This document shows, piece by piece, positions 1 to 10,159 of a DNA stretch of 59,941 nt (position 1 is the first letter of the stretch; each line of letters begins with the position of its first letter). Origin of the DNA: Bacillota bacterium (GTDB lineage Bacteria; Bacillota; Clostridia; Oscillospirales; Acutalibacteraceae). The translations under genes were made by a program, and so were the position numbers. The DNA lies in NCBI GenBank assembly GCA_023460155.1, contig JAEWRF010000228.1, positions 1 through 59,941 of the forward strand, read 5' to 3'. Below the pieces are notes generated by a model. It worked only from the letters and a program-made list of their open reading frames with translations, had not been told where the DNA came from and did not search any database.

Positions 1-66
1 GGTCTGATGATGATGATTACCGTGCTGGGGCTCCACAGCCTCGGCGACCGGTTACAGGATTTATAA
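1..66 (+). CDS. 3' end of ABC transporter permease (DppC/OppC/NikC-like), truncated by window edge
   Basis: Frame 1 reads GLMMMITVLGLHSLGDRLQDL*, resembling the DppC-family C-terminal 'LGDxLrD' motif. Confidence 0.6.
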   Translation, partial: GLMMMITVLGLHSLGDRLQDL

Positions 67-67
67 A

Positions 68-106
68 ACACGGCGCCCGGATGAAGATTTCATCCGGGCG
101 CCGTGT
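68..106. terminator. Hairpin between convergent genes, probable bidirectional terminator
   Basis: Perfect 18-bp inverted repeat ACACGGCGCCCGGATGAA/TTCATCCGGGCGCCGTGT. Confidence 0.7.
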
Positions 107-137
107 CTATGAAAAGGACAATGGAGAAATAATGAAT

Positions 138-1022
138 TCAGTCTTTGCTGCCGGTCATTTTGCGGTCCAGATTCCTGCCGACGGCGCGTGCGCCGATGCT
201 GAACGCGAACACCAGAATAATCAGCACGGCGGAGGAAATATCTGCGATCTGACCGGCGTTCGCCGCCACCGCCTCCGTGCGCTGCGACCAGATGTGCAGC
301 GAGAGCGTTTCGCCCGGACGGAACGGGTTCAGCGGGCAGGTTGGTGAAGCGAGGTTCCAGCGCGACCAGTTGATATCGGTGCTCATTCCGGCGGTATAGA
401 GCAGCGCGGCGGCTTCGCCAAAGCCGCGCCCGGCCGCGAGGATCACGCCCGTGATGATGCGCGGCACGCAGGCGGGCAGCATCACATGCGCGATGGTCTG
501 CCAGTGCGTGGCGCCCAGCGCAAAGCTGCCCTCCTTCCAGCTGTGGGGAACGGCGTGCAGCGCGTCCTCGGTCGTCGTTGTAATCAGCGGCAGGCTGAGA
601 ATGGAAATGGCGAGCGCGCCGGCAATCAGGCTCCATTTTCCGCCCACAAGCACGACGAACACGAGGTAGCCGAACAGGCCGACCACGATGGAGGGCAGAG
701 AGGAAAGCGTTTCGATGCAGGTGCGCAGGAAACTGGTCAGGCGGCCGGGCTTCGCGTACTCCGCCATATAAATTCCGGCCGCCAGGCCGAACGGAACGCT
801 GATGACGAGCGCCAGGAATACCAGATAGATGGTATTAAAAAGCTGGTTGCCGATGCCGTTCTCATTGAACGCGAGAAGCGCCGGACTGAAATTCCGGAAG
901 CCCCGGTACAGGATGTAAGCCGTAAAAGCCGCCAGCAGCAGCAGGAAAAATCCCGCTACAAAGTAAAGCACGACCGTCATGAAACGATCTACGGCAATGG
1001 CAGAATTATGCTTCTTTTTCAT
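138..1022 (-). CDS. pstA: Phosphate ABC transporter permease PstA
   Basis: 'LSSLPSIVVGLFG', 'EGSFALGATHWQT', 'GRGFGEAAALLYTAG' motifs; follows pstC. Confidence 0.93.
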   Translation of the reverse strand: MKKKHNSAIAVDRFMTVVLYFVAGFFLLLLAAFTAYILYRGFRNFSPALLAFNENGIGNQLFNTIYLVFLALVISVPFGLAAGIYMAEYAKPGRLTSFLRTCIETLSSLPSIVVGLFGYLVFVVLVGGKWSLIAGALAISILSLPLITTTTEDALHAVPHSWKEGSFALGATHWQTIAHVMLPACVPRIITGVILAAGRGFGEAAALLYTAGMSTDINWSRWNLASPTCPLNPFRPGETLSLHIWSQRTEAVAANAGQIADISSAVLIILVFAFSIGARAVGRNLDRKMTGSKD

Positions 1023-1903
1023 TTCTCAGCGGCCCCCTTTGCGGAAACTTTACGAACCAGCATGATAAACACATACGAGATCAGCAGCAAAAGCAGGGCC
1101 ATCGTCCACAGTGCGGTGTTGAACTCTCCGCCCTCGGCCGCGCCGCCCATGTCGGAGGCGATCGCGGAGGTCAGGTTGCTGGTGGGCGAAAGGATGCCGT
1201 CCGGAAACGCTTTCGTTTTGCCGATCACCATGGCGACGGCAAGCGCCTCGCCGAACGCACGGGAAAGCCCGAGAATCACGCCGGTCAGGATGCCGGGCTT
1301 CGCGGAGGGCAGCAGCACCTTGCGGATGACCTGCCAGCGCGTGGAGCCGAGGCCGTAGGCCGCCTCCTGATATTTATACGGCACGTTCCGGAGGGAATCC
1401 GCCGAAACGCTTGCGATCGTCGGGAAAATCATGACCGCCAGTACGATTCCGCCCGCCAGCACCGAATAACCGATCTGCTGATGGAACACTGTTTCAATAA
1501 ACGGCACCAGCACCGTGACGCCGACCCAGCCGTAAACCACCGATGGGATGCCGACAAAAATTTCGACGGCGGGCTGGAACAGCTTCGCGCTGATGCGCGG
1601 GGAAATGACCGCCATAAAGATTGCGGCGGCCAGACTGAACGGCGCGGCGATCAGAAGGGCGAGGAAGCAGACGCAGACGGAGCCGACGATGAAGATCGCG
1701 GCGCCCACCTGACCGCCGCCCGTAAAGTCGTCGGCCGGGTTCCAGTCGGAGGAAAACAGAAATTCCCAAACGCTGTGGTGGTAAGTAGTAAAAGTGCCGA
1801 TCCCGCGGTAGACCAGGAACACGCCGATGGCCAGCGTGAGCAGAATAATGAACAGTCCTCCCGCCGTAATGACGGCACGCCAGATTTCGTCTTTTCTCTT
1901 CAT
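1019..1903 (-). CDS. pstC: Phosphate ABC transporter permease PstC
   Basis: 'GIPSVVYG', 'EAAYGLGSTRWQ', 'RAFGEALAVAMVIG' motifs. Confidence 0.93.
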   Translation of the reverse strand: MKRKDEIWRAVITAGGLFIILLTLAIGVFLVYRGIGTFTTYHHSVWEFLFSSDWNPADDFTGGGQVGAAIFIVGSVCVCFLALLIAAPFSLAAAIFMAVISPRISAKLFQPAVEIFVGIPSVVYGWVGVTVLVPFIETVFHQQIGYSVLAGGIVLAVMIFPTIASVSADSLRNVPYKYQEAAYGLGSTRWQVIRKVLLPSAKPGILTGVILGLSRAFGEALAVAMVIGKTKAFPDGILSPTSNLTSAIASDMGGAAEGGEFNTALWTMALLLLLISYVFIMLVRKVSAKGAAEK

Positions 1904-1985
1904 GTATCAATCCGCTCCTCAGCAGGGCAAAAGACCGGACGGATATCCCGCCGGTCTTCTTGCCGAAATTGTGTGCGTCTGCAGT

Positions 1986-2966
1986 TTACCGGGTAACCTG
2001 CATCTTCGAAGTGACGTTATAGCCGAGGGTCTCAATGCTGGTGGCGTAAGCGTCGGAGCTCATATAATCGATGAGCGCCTTGGCAACGCCCTTTGCTTCA
2101 CCCTTTGTGTACATATGCTCATAGCCCCAGACCTTGTATTTGCCGGAGTAAGTATTCGCAAGAGTCGGCTCGACGCCGTCGATTGCTACCGTGCTGACGC
2201 TCGTGTTGTTGATGAGGTAGGAAAGCGCCACATAGCCGATTGCGCCCTTATGCTGGGCAACACTCTGCAGCAGGGTGCCGGAATCGTCTGTTTCCAGCGA
2301 TTTGTTGGAAGCTTCCTGAGCGCCGTTCAGCGCATATTGCTTAAAGAGAGCGCGCGTGCCGGAGGTGGAAGGACGGGTGACCAGTACGATGGGTTCATCC
2401 GGACCGCCGACTTCTTTCCAGTTCTTCGTCTTGGCGGTGAAAATATCAGCAAGCTGAGCAGCGGTCAGGCTCTTGACCGTTTTGGCTACATCCGGGTTCA
2501 CAACCGGAGCCATGGTGATAACGCAGACTTTGTGGTCGACCAGTTCTTTTGCTTTATCGGCAGTCAGTTTGGATTCCGCGGCAACGTCGGAGTTGCCGAT
2601 ATCGACCGTGCCGTCCGAAACCTGCTTCAGGCCCGTGCCGGAACCGCCGGCGTTCAGCGTAATGGAAGCGTCGGGATTATTCACTTTGAATTTCGCAACG
2701 GCATCCTTAACCAGCGGATACAGAGCCGAGGAACCGGAAGCCGTGATGCTGCCGGAAACCGGTGCAGCGGAAGCGGCGGCGGAGGACGCAGCCTCGGAAG
2801 ATGCCGCAGCAGAGGATGCAGCCTCGGAAGATGCAGCGGAGGAAACCTCAGAGGAAGCAGCGGAAGACGGAGCAGCCGCAGAAGAGGCAGCCGGAGCACC
2901 TCCGCAGGCAGTAGTCGCTGTCAGAAACAGAGCAGCCGTTAACATCAGGGACAGGATTTTTTTCAT
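1986..2966 (-). CDS. pstS: Phosphate-binding lipoprotein PstS with Ser/Ala-rich linker
   Basis: Lipobox-like TAC, 'SGSSALYP', 'GGSGTG', 'RPSTSGTR'; ATG at 2966 with AGGAG RBS. Confidence 0.92.
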   Translation of the reverse strand: MKKILSLMLTAALFLTATTACGGAPAASSAAAPSSAASSEVSSAASSEAASSAAASSEAASSAAASAAPVSGSITASGSSALYPLVKDAVAKFKVNNPDASITLNAGGSGTGLKQVSDGTVDIGNSDVAAESKLTADKAKELVDHKVCVITMAPVVNPDVAKTVKSLTAAQLADIFTAKTKNWKEVGGPDEPIVLVTRPSTSGTRALFKQYALNGAQEASNKSLETDDSGTLLQSVAQHKGAIGYVALSYLINNTSVSTVAIDGVEPTLANTYSGKYKVWGYEHMYTKGEAKGVAKALIDYMSSDAYATSIETLGYNVTSKMQVTR

Positions 2967-3020
2967 ATTACTTCTCCTTATCGTCATTTTTACTTCACGC
3001 ACCTAACAATAAAGTATCCG

Positions 3021-3081
3021 CGTTAAATTCAGGTTACGTCTGCTTTAGACGACTGTTATTTTTATGTTAAATCCATGTTAA
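3021..3081 (-). promoter_or_regulatory. Pho box array (PhoP-type direct repeats)
   Basis: Minus-strand hexamers TTAACA, TTAACA, ATAACA, CTAAAG, GTAACC, TTAACG at exact 11-bp period upstream of pstS. Confidence 0.75.
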
Positions 3082-3168
3082 GCAGGCGGAGTTTCCTGCC
3101 TCTCTTCGGGCCTTTTGTGCTTCATTACTATTTTTTATAAAATATTGATACATATGATTATTTAAAAA

Positions 3169-3226
3169 TTACTTTACTTGTCGTAGTAGCTGTGGTATTC
3201 TTTTACTACTACGACAGATAAAGTAA
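3169..3226 (+). promoter_or_regulatory. Inverted-repeat operator overlapping the PadR operon promoter
   Basis: TTACTTTACTTGTCGTAGTAG / CTACTACGACAGATAAAGTAA (19/21 match) flanking TTGTCG...TGGTATTCT. Confidence 0.65.
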
Positions 3227-3239
3227 TCGAGGTGACAGA

Positions 3240-3596
3240 ATGATCGGCAGCGACGTTCTCAGGGGATACAACGACACCATGATCCTGTGTCTGCTGATGG
3301 AAAAGGATTCCTACGGCTATGAAATTGAAAAGGAAATCGAGCGGCGTTCGGACGGCATTTACGCGATGAAGGAAACAACCCTGTATTCCGCATTTGTGCG
3401 TCTGGCGAAAAACGGGCTGATCGATTCCTATTCCGGAAGCGAAACCTTCGGGAAGCCGCGGACCTATTTCCGGATTACCGATGCAGGAAAAACCTATTAC
3501 CGGGAGAAATGCAGCGAGTGGGAGCTGACAAAACAGCTGATCGACCGCTTCGCTCGGAGCCCGGAAATCAGTGAAGGAGTGAAGTCTGATGAATGA
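3240..3596 (+). CDS. PadR family transcriptional regulator
   Basis: 'DSYGYEI', 'ETTLYSAFVRL', 'RTYFRITDAG' wHTH pattern. Confidence 0.9.
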   Translation: MIGSDVLRGYNDTMILCLLMEKDSYGYEIEKEIERRSDGIYAMKETTLYSAFVRLAKNGLIDSYSGSETFGKPRTYFRITDAGKTYYREKCSEWELTKQLIDRFARSPEISEGVKSDE

Positions 3597-4302
3597 GGTT
3601 GAGGAATATGTCAGCCGGATGTTTTCCGGCCTGCCGCAGACGAAGGTGGTGCTCGAAATGAAGCGGAACATTCTTGAGGCAATGCAGGAGCATTACGAGG
3701 AACTGCTTTCGCAGGGGAAAAGCAAAAACGAGGCGCTGGGCTCGGTGATCTCGCAGTTCGGGAACATCGACGAGATCAAAAAAGAGCTTGGAATCGCGGA
3801 CGAAGCGGAGGAGCGGCATTACGGGTTTCTGGAAACCTTTTTCGCCTATTTTGCCCCGGATGTGCTGTTCTGGCGGGCGCTGATCCACCGGAGCGCAGCG
3901 GAGCTCACCGTCTTCTTCGCATCCGTCGCGGCCTATCTCGCGCTCGGGTTTCTCCGGGGCCTGTGGCACCCGGGGTGGCTGATTCTCTGGGCGGGCGGGG
4001 GAATCGTTCTTCTGCTCAACCGGCGGAACCCCGCAAAAAGCGATTACGCCGCCGAGGTGCGGTCGCGCTACGGTTTTCTGGAGTCTCTGCTCGCGTATCT
4101 GGATGCGCCGGTCCTCTTCTGGCGGATTCTGATCCGCAGGAACGCGCCGGAAGCCGTCATCTTTTTCGCCGCGCTGGCCGTCCACCTCACGCTCGGGTTT
4201 GCCCTGAACCTGTGGCCGGTATGCTGGATCGTCTTCCCGGCGGCGGGTCTGGTCATTTTCGCGCGCGAGCGGCTGGAAGCCTCTCGTCAGAACGCGCAGT
4301 AA
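3589..4302 (+). CDS. Permease-prefix-domain membrane protein with internal duplication
   Basis: N-terminal 'EEYVSRMF...ISQFGNIDEI' domain typical of PadR partners; two similar hydrophobic repeats. Confidence 0.7.
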   Translation: MNEVEEYVSRMFSGLPQTKVVLEMKRNILEAMQEHYEELLSQGKSKNEALGSVISQFGNIDEIKKELGIADEAEERHYGFLETFFAYFAPDVLFWRALIHRSAAELTVFFASVAAYLALGFLRGLWHPGWLILWAGGGIVLLLNRRNPAKSDYAAEVRSRYGFLESLLAYLDAPVLFWRILIRRNAPEAVIFFAALAVHLTLGFALNLWPVCWIVFPAAGLVIFARERLEASRQNAQ

Positions 4303-4324
4303 CCGTTTAAAAGAGGTCTTTGTT

Positions 4325-4813
4325 TTGACAGAAACGCAGATTTTTATCATGCTTATCCTTGTCCTCTACATTCCCATCCACATTTCCGAGGAGGCGGCTG
4401 GAAATTTTCCCTCTTGGATGCGGAGGCATAAATGGACGCCGGATCAACTGTCCTACAGTCACTGGATGGCGGGCAACCTATTTCTATTCTACCCTCTGCT
4501 CCTGGCGGCATTCCTCCTCTATCTGCTCTGTGGAGTCCGTTTTTTCGGCGGCGGAATCCTGATCTGGGGAATCGTCAATTGTATGGAGCATCTGGCCTAT
4601 ACCGTGCACGACCGAAAAAAATCGCCAGGCCTGTTTACCGGCCTGCTGTTCGGCGCCGACTCCGCCGCAGGCTTTCTGAGTTTTTCTCGGCGGAGCGGCT
4701 TTGACGCCGAATTCCTGATTGCCTCGATCATCACCGGCATCGTTCTGTTCTCCGTTCCGATTCTGCTCAATATGGTTTTTCACGATCGCCTGAAGCTTCA
4801 TTTTAATTCATAA
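4325..4813 (+). CDS. HXXEE domain membrane protein
   Basis: 'HISEE' motif, conserved His and 'SPGLFTG'; hydrophobic. Confidence 0.75.
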   Translation: MTETQIFIMLILVLYIPIHISEEAAGNFPSWMRRHKWTPDQLSYSHWMAGNLFLFYPLLLAAFLLYLLCGVRFFGGGILIWGIVNCMEHLAYTVHDRKKSPGLFTGLLFGADSAAGFLSFSRRSGFDAEFLIASIITGIVLFSVPILLNMVFHDRLKLHFNS

Positions 4814-4912
4814 CACTTCGGTGGGCTTCCTGAAAACGAAATCTCCCTTTGCTTTTCCTGTTCCGTTCTGTTATAATTCGCGTGATGACAGAAAAGAATG
4901 GGGCGTGACAAA

Positions 4913-5332
4913 ATGGAGCTTTCCTACGGCAATACCCTTTCGGCGGAGGACTTCAATGGTCTGCGGAACGCGGTGGGCTGGGCGCAGATTTCCCCGCGTC
5001 AGGCAGAAACCGGCCTTGCGCATACCAAATTTCTGGTGGCCGCAAGAGACGGGGACCGCGCCGTCGGGTGCGCGCGGATCGTCGGAGACGGCGGCTACGT
5101 CGCCTACATCTGCGACGTGATCGTGCATCCGGAGTTTCAGGGACACGGAATCGGAAAGGCTATGATCGGGCTGCTTCTCGAATTTATCCGGTCGAACCTT
5201 GCCGAAGGTGAGCAGGTAATGGTCCTCCTGATGGCCGCAAAGGGGCGCGAATCCTTTTACCGGCAGTTCGGGTTCCTCGACCGGCCAAGCGACGCCTGCG
5301 GCGCGGGCATGATGCAGTGGATTAAAAAATAG
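4913..5332 (+). CDS. GNAT family N-acetyltransferase
   Basis: 'DVIVHPEFQGHGIG' acetyl-CoA motif; 'FYRQFGF'. Confidence 0.9.
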   Translation: MELSYGNTLSAEDFNGLRNAVGWAQISPRQAETGLAHTKFLVAARDGDRAVGCARIVGDGGYVAYICDVIVHPEFQGHGIGKAMIGLLLEFIRSNLAEGEQVMVLLMAAKGRESFYRQFGFLDRPSDACGAGMMQWIKK

Positions 5333-5515
5333 TTCTGTGCTGACACTCAATCATAAATTGTTTTTTACAAAATTGCTGCAAAGCTTTTCGGATTTTCGGA
5401 AGCTTTGCAGCTTTTTATTTCGAATCAGAATGATATAATGAATGTGATTTATTCTTTCAGAGAGCCCCGGCGCCGCCGCACTTGAAAATTCGGAAAGGCA
5501 GGAAGCGACAGGCAG

Positions 5516-6583
5516 ATGACCAGAAGAAACTATATCGACAATCTCCGGTGGGCGGCAATTTTATTGCTGTTCCCGTTCCACACCGCGATGATTTACAACG
5601 ACTACGGTGAAAATTTTTACATTCGCGGGCCGTCCCTCCCGGCGGTCACTTCAATTATTCTTGCAACCTATTCGTGGTTCATGCCGCTCCTGTTCGTTCT
5701 GGCGGGAATCAGCGCCGGTCTCGCGTTGGAAAAGCGCACGCCGAAGGAATTTGCAGCCGAGCGCTTCCGGAAGCTGCTTCTCCCGTTCGTTTCCGGCTTA
5801 CTTCTTCTTATTCCGGTTCAGACCTACTTTGCCGAGCGGTTCCACAACGGATATACCGGCGGTTATTTTCAGCAGTACATCCTGTTTTTCACGAAGAAAA
5901 CCGACCTCTCCGGCTATACCGGCGGGCTTACGCCGGGGCATTTATGGTTCCTTCTTTATCTGTTCGTCATCTCTCTCATCGCCCTGCCGATCATGTTTTG
6001 GTACCGAAAATCGGACCGCAAACTCAGCGTGGAAAGGCTGACTCTGCCGGTCCTTCTGCCGATGTTTTTGATCCCCTATCTCATGACGGGAATCGGGGAT
6101 ATCGGCGGAAAGAGTGTGGGCGAATATTTCACGCTTTTCCTGCTCGGCTTTTTCGTTCTGCGTTCGGAAAGCGTGATCGACCGGCTGGAAAAGAACCGGC
6201 GCGGCCTTCTTGCCGCCGGAATCCTCCTGACCGCGGTGGGAATGGGGTTCCATTACAATAACATTTTTACCCGCGGAATCATTGCCGACGCGTACCAGCG
6301 CCTGACCGGATGGGTCTGCATTCTGGCGCTGCTCAGCATGGCGAAACGTCATTTCGATTTCCGGAACAGGGCAATGGCGTACCTGACGAAGGGCTGCTTC
6401 CCGATCTATGTGATTCACCAGACCGCGCTGGTCGCCGTGGCCTACTGTGTATTCCAGGTTACTTCCGTCCCCGCCGCGCAGATTCCGCTGATTCTCCTTT
6501 TTACGGTGGCGCTCACCTTCGCCGCCTATGAGCTTTTCCGCAGGATCCCGCCGCTGCGGTTTTTGTTTGACATAAAAAAATAG
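5516..6583 (+). CDS. Acyltransferase-3 (OpgC-like) membrane acyltransferase
   Basis: 'YIDNLR', 'FMPLLFVLAG', 'HLWFL', 'IYVIHQ' motifs. Confidence 0.85.
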   Translation: MTRRNYIDNLRWAAILLLFPFHTAMIYNDYGENFYIRGPSLPAVTSIILATYSWFMPLLFVLAGISAGLALEKRTPKEFAAERFRKLLLPFVSGLLLLIPVQTYFAERFHNGYTGGYFQQYILFFTKKTDLSGYTGGLTPGHLWFLLYLFVISLIALPIMFWYRKSDRKLSVERLTLPVLLPMFLIPYLMTGIGDIGGKSVGEYFTLFLLGFFVLRSESVIDRLEKNRRGLLAAGILLTAVGMGFHYNNIFTRGIIADAYQRLTGWVCILALLSMAKRHFDFRNRAMAYLTKGCFPIYVIHQTALVAVAYCVFQVTSVPAAQIPLILLFTVALTFAAYELFRRIPPLRFLFDIKK

Positions 6584-6671
6584 GCGCAGACGCAAAGCGT
6601 CTTTTGCGCCTTCGGTGACTACGACTCCACCCAACAGGGTGCATGCCCTCGATCATCCGAGATAGAAAAAA

Positions 6672-6698
6672 GGCAGGGCAGTAAAATACTGTCCCGCC
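6672..6698. repeat. Collapsed inverted pair of the dispersed-repeat core (terminator-like)
   Basis: GGCAGGGCAGTA-AAA-TACTGTCCCGCC flanked by A tracts; core GGCGGGACAGT shared with other copies. Confidence 0.5.
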
Positions 6699-6766
6699 AA
6701 AAAAAATCCTTTAAATTAAAAACGCGGTTTCTTTTGGAATAACCTTTTCTTTGGAAAAAGAAAAGG

Positions 6767-7927
6767 TTATTCGCCGAAGGCGTCCTTGATCTTGTCGAAG
6801 AAGGACTTGCGCTTCTGGTAATTTTTATCCTCGCCGGAGTTTTCGAAGTCCTTTAAAATATCTTTCTGCTTCTGAGAAAGGTTCTTCGGCACCTCGACAG
6901 TAATGCGGACGTACTGGTCGCCGCGGCCGCGGCCGCCGAGCTTCGGGATGCCGAGGCTCTTAAGCTTGAATACGTCGCCCGGCTGAGTGCCCGCGTGCAC
7001 CTGATAGCTGACGCGCCCGTCGATGGTAGGGACGGTCACTTCGGCGCCCAGAGCCGCCTGCGGGAAAGTAATGGGCATTTCGCACCAGACGTCGTTGCCC
7101 TTGCGCTCAAAGATGGGATGCGGCCGCACGCTCACAAAGACGTGCAGGTCTCCGCTTGGGCCTCCGTTTGTGCCGGTGTTTCCCTTGCCTGTAACATTGA
7201 GGACCTGCTCGTTGTCGATTCCCGCGGGGATGCTGATTTCAATTGCCTTCTGCTTGCGGGTGCGGCCGGAGCCGCCGCAGGCGGGGCAGGGGTTGTCGAT
7301 CACGCGGCCGGATCCGCCGCAGCGGTCGCAGTTGCGCGAAGTCTGCACCACGCCGAACGGCGTGCGCTGGCTGACCCGAACCTGGCCCGAACCGTTGCAT
7401 TGGGGACAGGTTTTCGCCGCTGCTCCGCCCTGCCCGCCCGTGCCGTGGCATTCCGGGCACTCGTCGATCTGCTCGTAATCGATGGTTTTCACACAGCCTT
7501 TTGCGGCTTCCTCAAAGCTTATGTTCACCGTCGATTCGCTGTCGCTGCCGCGGCGCGGAGTATTCGGGTTGGCGCGGCGCCCGCCGCCGAAGCCGCCGAA
7601 CCCGCCGAAGCCGAACCCGTCAAACACGCTGTTGAATATATCGTCGATGTTGATGTTTCCCGTGAACGGGCTGCCGCCCGCGCCGCCGCCGAAGTTGGGG
7701 TCTACCCCCGCCTGCCCGAACTGATCATAGCGCGCGCGCTTATCCTTGTCGGAAAGCACCTCGTAGGCTTCGTTCAGCTCCTTGAACTTCGCTTCGGCTT
7801 CCTTGTCGCCCGGATGAAGATCCGGGTGATATTTTTTGGCGAGCTTGCGGTAGGTCTTCTTGATTTCATCTTCGGAGGCGTTTTTCGGGACGCCCATGAC
7901 TTCGTAATAATCCCTTTTTTCAGCCAA
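6767..7927 (-). CDS. dnaJ: Chaperone DnaJ
   Basis: J domain HPD, G/F region, four CxxCxGxG repeats; TTG start. Confidence 0.98.
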   Translation of the reverse strand: MAEKRDYYEVMGVPKNASEDEIKKTYRKLAKKYHPDLHPGDKEAEAKFKELNEAYEVLSDKDKRARYDQFGQAGVDPNFGGGAGGSPFTGNINIDDIFNSVFDGFGFGGFGGFGGGRRANPNTPRRGSDSESTVNISFEEAAKGCVKTIDYEQIDECPECHGTGGQGGAAAKTCPQCNGSGQVRVSQRTPFGVVQTSRNCDRCGGSGRVIDNPCPACGGSGRTRKQKAIEISIPAGIDNEQVLNVTGKGNTGTNGGPSGDLHVFVSVRPHPIFERKGNDVWCEMPITFPQAALGAEVTVPTIDGRVSYQVHAGTQPGDVFKLKSLGIPKLGGRGRGDQYVRITVEVPKNLSQKQKDILKDFENSGEDKNYQKRKSFFDKIKDAFGE

Positions 7928-8054
7928 ACTGAATCACTCCTGAAATACGCGTTGAGGGCAGCCGAAGGGGCTGCCCCATACGCGGTTTATGTCAACGCCG
8001 CGCCGCCGCGGTGTTTTTTTGCTCCGCCGACGGCATTACGGGCGGTGTGCGGGG

Positions 8055-9911
8055 TTATTTCTTATCCTTGTCGTCCACATCGCGGTATTCGGCATCATAT
8101 ACGGTGTTGCCGTTCGCGTCCTGCGCCGGTCCCGCACCTGCCGCCGGTCCCTGCGGGCCAGGCTGGCCCTGCTGGGGCGCCGCGTTTTTATAAAGGTTCT
8201 CGCTGACGGCGTACATCGCCTTCTGCAGTTCGTCCGTCTTTGTTTTGATGTCCTCGAGGTTGTTGGCGGTAACGGCCGCACGGAGTGCAGCAACCTTTGA
8301 AGTCAGATCCGTCTTCGCGTCAGCCGGGATCTTGTCGCCGCTGTCGCTCAGGAGCTTCTCGACCGAGTAGCAGAGGTTTTCGGCTTCGTTCTTCTTGTCG
8401 ACTTCCTCGCGGTGCTTCTTGTCCTCGGCCTCAAATTTTTCGGCGTCCTTGACTGCCTTGTCGATGTCGTCCTTGCTCATGTTGGAGCTGGAGGAAATCG
8501 TGATCTTCTGCTGCTTGCCGGTGCCGAGGTCCTTCGCGGAAACGTTCACGATGCCGTTGGCGTCGATGTCGAACGAAACCTCAATCTGAGGAATTCCGCG
8601 CGGAGCCGGGGCGATACCGTCCAGCTTGAAGAGGCCGAGCTGCTTGTTGTCGCGGGCGAATTCGCGCTCGCCCTGAAGGACGTTGACCTCAACCTGAGTC
8701 TGGCCGTCCGCCGCGGTGGAGAAAATCTGGCTCTTCTTCGTCGGGATGGTCGTGTTGCGCTCGATGATCTTGGTCATCACGCCGCCCATGGTCTCGACGC
8801 CCAGCGAAAGCGGGGTGACGTCCAGGAGCAGCAGACCTTCGACCTCGCCGCCCAGAACGCCGGCCTGCAGGGCCGCGCCGATGGCGACGCACTCATCCGG
8901 GTTAATGCCCTTGAAGGGCTCTTTGCCGGAAAGGCTCTTTACGGTATCCTGTACGGCCGGCATACGGGAGGAGCCGCCGACCATGAGGATCTTGCTGATG
9001 TCGCTGAAGGAAAGACCCGCGTCCGAGAGGGCCTGCTTTACCGGGCCGACGGTCTTCTGGACCAGATCCGCGGTCAGTTCGTCGAATTTCGCGCGGGTGA
9101 GGGTCATGTCAAGATGCTTCGGGCCGGTGGCGTCCGCCGTGATGAACGGCAGGTTGATTGCGCTGGAGGTCATGCCGGAAAGCTCGATCTTCGCTTTTTC
9201 AGCCGCTTCCTTTAACCGCTGCATCGCCATTTTGTCGCCGGAAAGGTCGATGCCGTTCGCCTTTTTGAACTCGCCGACCATCCAGTCCATGACGCGCTTG
9301 TCGAAGTCGTCGCCGCCGAGGCGGTTGTTGCCTGCCGTGGCAAGAACTTCCTGCACGCCGTCGCCCATTTCAATAATGGAAACGTCGAATGTACCGCCGC
9401 CGAGGTCGTAAACCATGATCTTCTGCTCGGCGTCTTTGTCGATGCCGTAGGAAAGCGCCGCTGCCGTCGGCTCGTTGATAATGCGCTTGACGTCGAGTCC
9501 GGCGATCTTGCCGGCATCCTTGGTCGCCTGACGCTGGGCGTCGGTGAAGTAAGCCGGAACGGTGATGACGGCGGAGTTGACTTTCTCGCCGAGGTACGCT
9601 TCCGCGTCCGCCTTAAGCTTCTGAAGGATCATCGCGGAAATTTCCTGCGGAGTGAAGCTCTTGTCGTCGATTTTTACTTTATAGTCGGAACCCATTTCGC
9701 GCTTGATGGAACTGACCGTGCGATCCGGATTCGTAATGGCCTGACGCTTCGCAACCTGACCGACCATACGCTCGCCGGTCTTTGAAAACGCCACAACGGA
9801 CGGAGTCGTGCGCGCGCCCTCCGCATTGGGGATAACGACGGGCTTGCCGCCTTCAATTACGGCTACACAGGAGTTGGTGGTACCCAGATCAATACCAATC
9901 GTCTTTGACAT
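8055..9911 (-). CDS. dnaK: Chaperone DnaK
   Basis: 'GIDLGTTNS', 'DLGGGTFD'; ATG at 9911 with GGAGG RBS. Confidence 0.99.
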   Translation of the reverse strand: MSKTIGIDLGTTNSCVAVIEGGKPVVIPNAEGARTTPSVVAFSKTGERMVGQVAKRQAITNPDRTVSSIKREMGSDYKVKIDDKSFTPQEISAMILQKLKADAEAYLGEKVNSAVITVPAYFTDAQRQATKDAGKIAGLDVKRIINEPTAAALSYGIDKDAEQKIMVYDLGGGTFDVSIIEMGDGVQEVLATAGNNRLGGDDFDKRVMDWMVGEFKKANGIDLSGDKMAMQRLKEAAEKAKIELSGMTSSAINLPFITADATGPKHLDMTLTRAKFDELTADLVQKTVGPVKQALSDAGLSFSDISKILMVGGSSRMPAVQDTVKSLSGKEPFKGINPDECVAIGAALQAGVLGGEVEGLLLLDVTPLSLGVETMGGVMTKIIERNTTIPTKKSQIFSTAADGQTQVEVNVLQGEREFARDNKQLGLFKLDGIAPAPRGIPQIEVSFDIDANGIVNVSAKDLGTGKQQKITISSSSNMSKDDIDKAVKDAEKFEAEDKKHREEVDKKNEAENLCYSVEKLLSDSGDKIPADAKTDLTSKVAALRAAVTANNLEDIKTKTDELQKAMYAVSENLYKNAAPQQGQPGPQGPAAGAGPAQDANGNTVYDAEYRDVDDKDKK

Positions 9912-10058
9912 ATTTATTACCTCCACTTAAGTTCTTAATTATAATCTATACCTATGAATCTCTGCGCCCCGAAGGGCTGCCAGAGTTTCTTTCAGGAATG
10001 CACAGTGTCTTTTCGCGCCTACGGCGGACTTGACTTCAGCTTCCGGGAGTTTTGAATG

Positions 10059-10159
10059 ACTCTCCCGCCGGACAAAGCCCAACATTTTCACCGTGCTGAC
10101 TGGCGGGGCCATGACAGCGGCGTCGCGCCGCCGGGGATTTGCGTGCAGGCTCAGCCTGC
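10059..10159 (+). repeat. Dispersed structured repeat copy plus extra terminal hairpin
   Basis: CCCGCC(10064)-32nt-GGCGGG-9nt-GCGGCG.TCG.CGCCGC, then GCAGGC.TCA.GCCTGC (10145-10159) at the grpE stop. Confidence 0.75.

Noticed and set aside
6584..6766. Absence of prmA after dnaJ
   Set aside because: Ordinary gene-order variation with no sign of a pseudogene
7998..8052. GCCGCC-33nt-GGCGGT stem between dnaK and dnaJ as another repeat copy
   Set aside because: Loop length fits, but the lead-in, linker and terminal hairpin are missing
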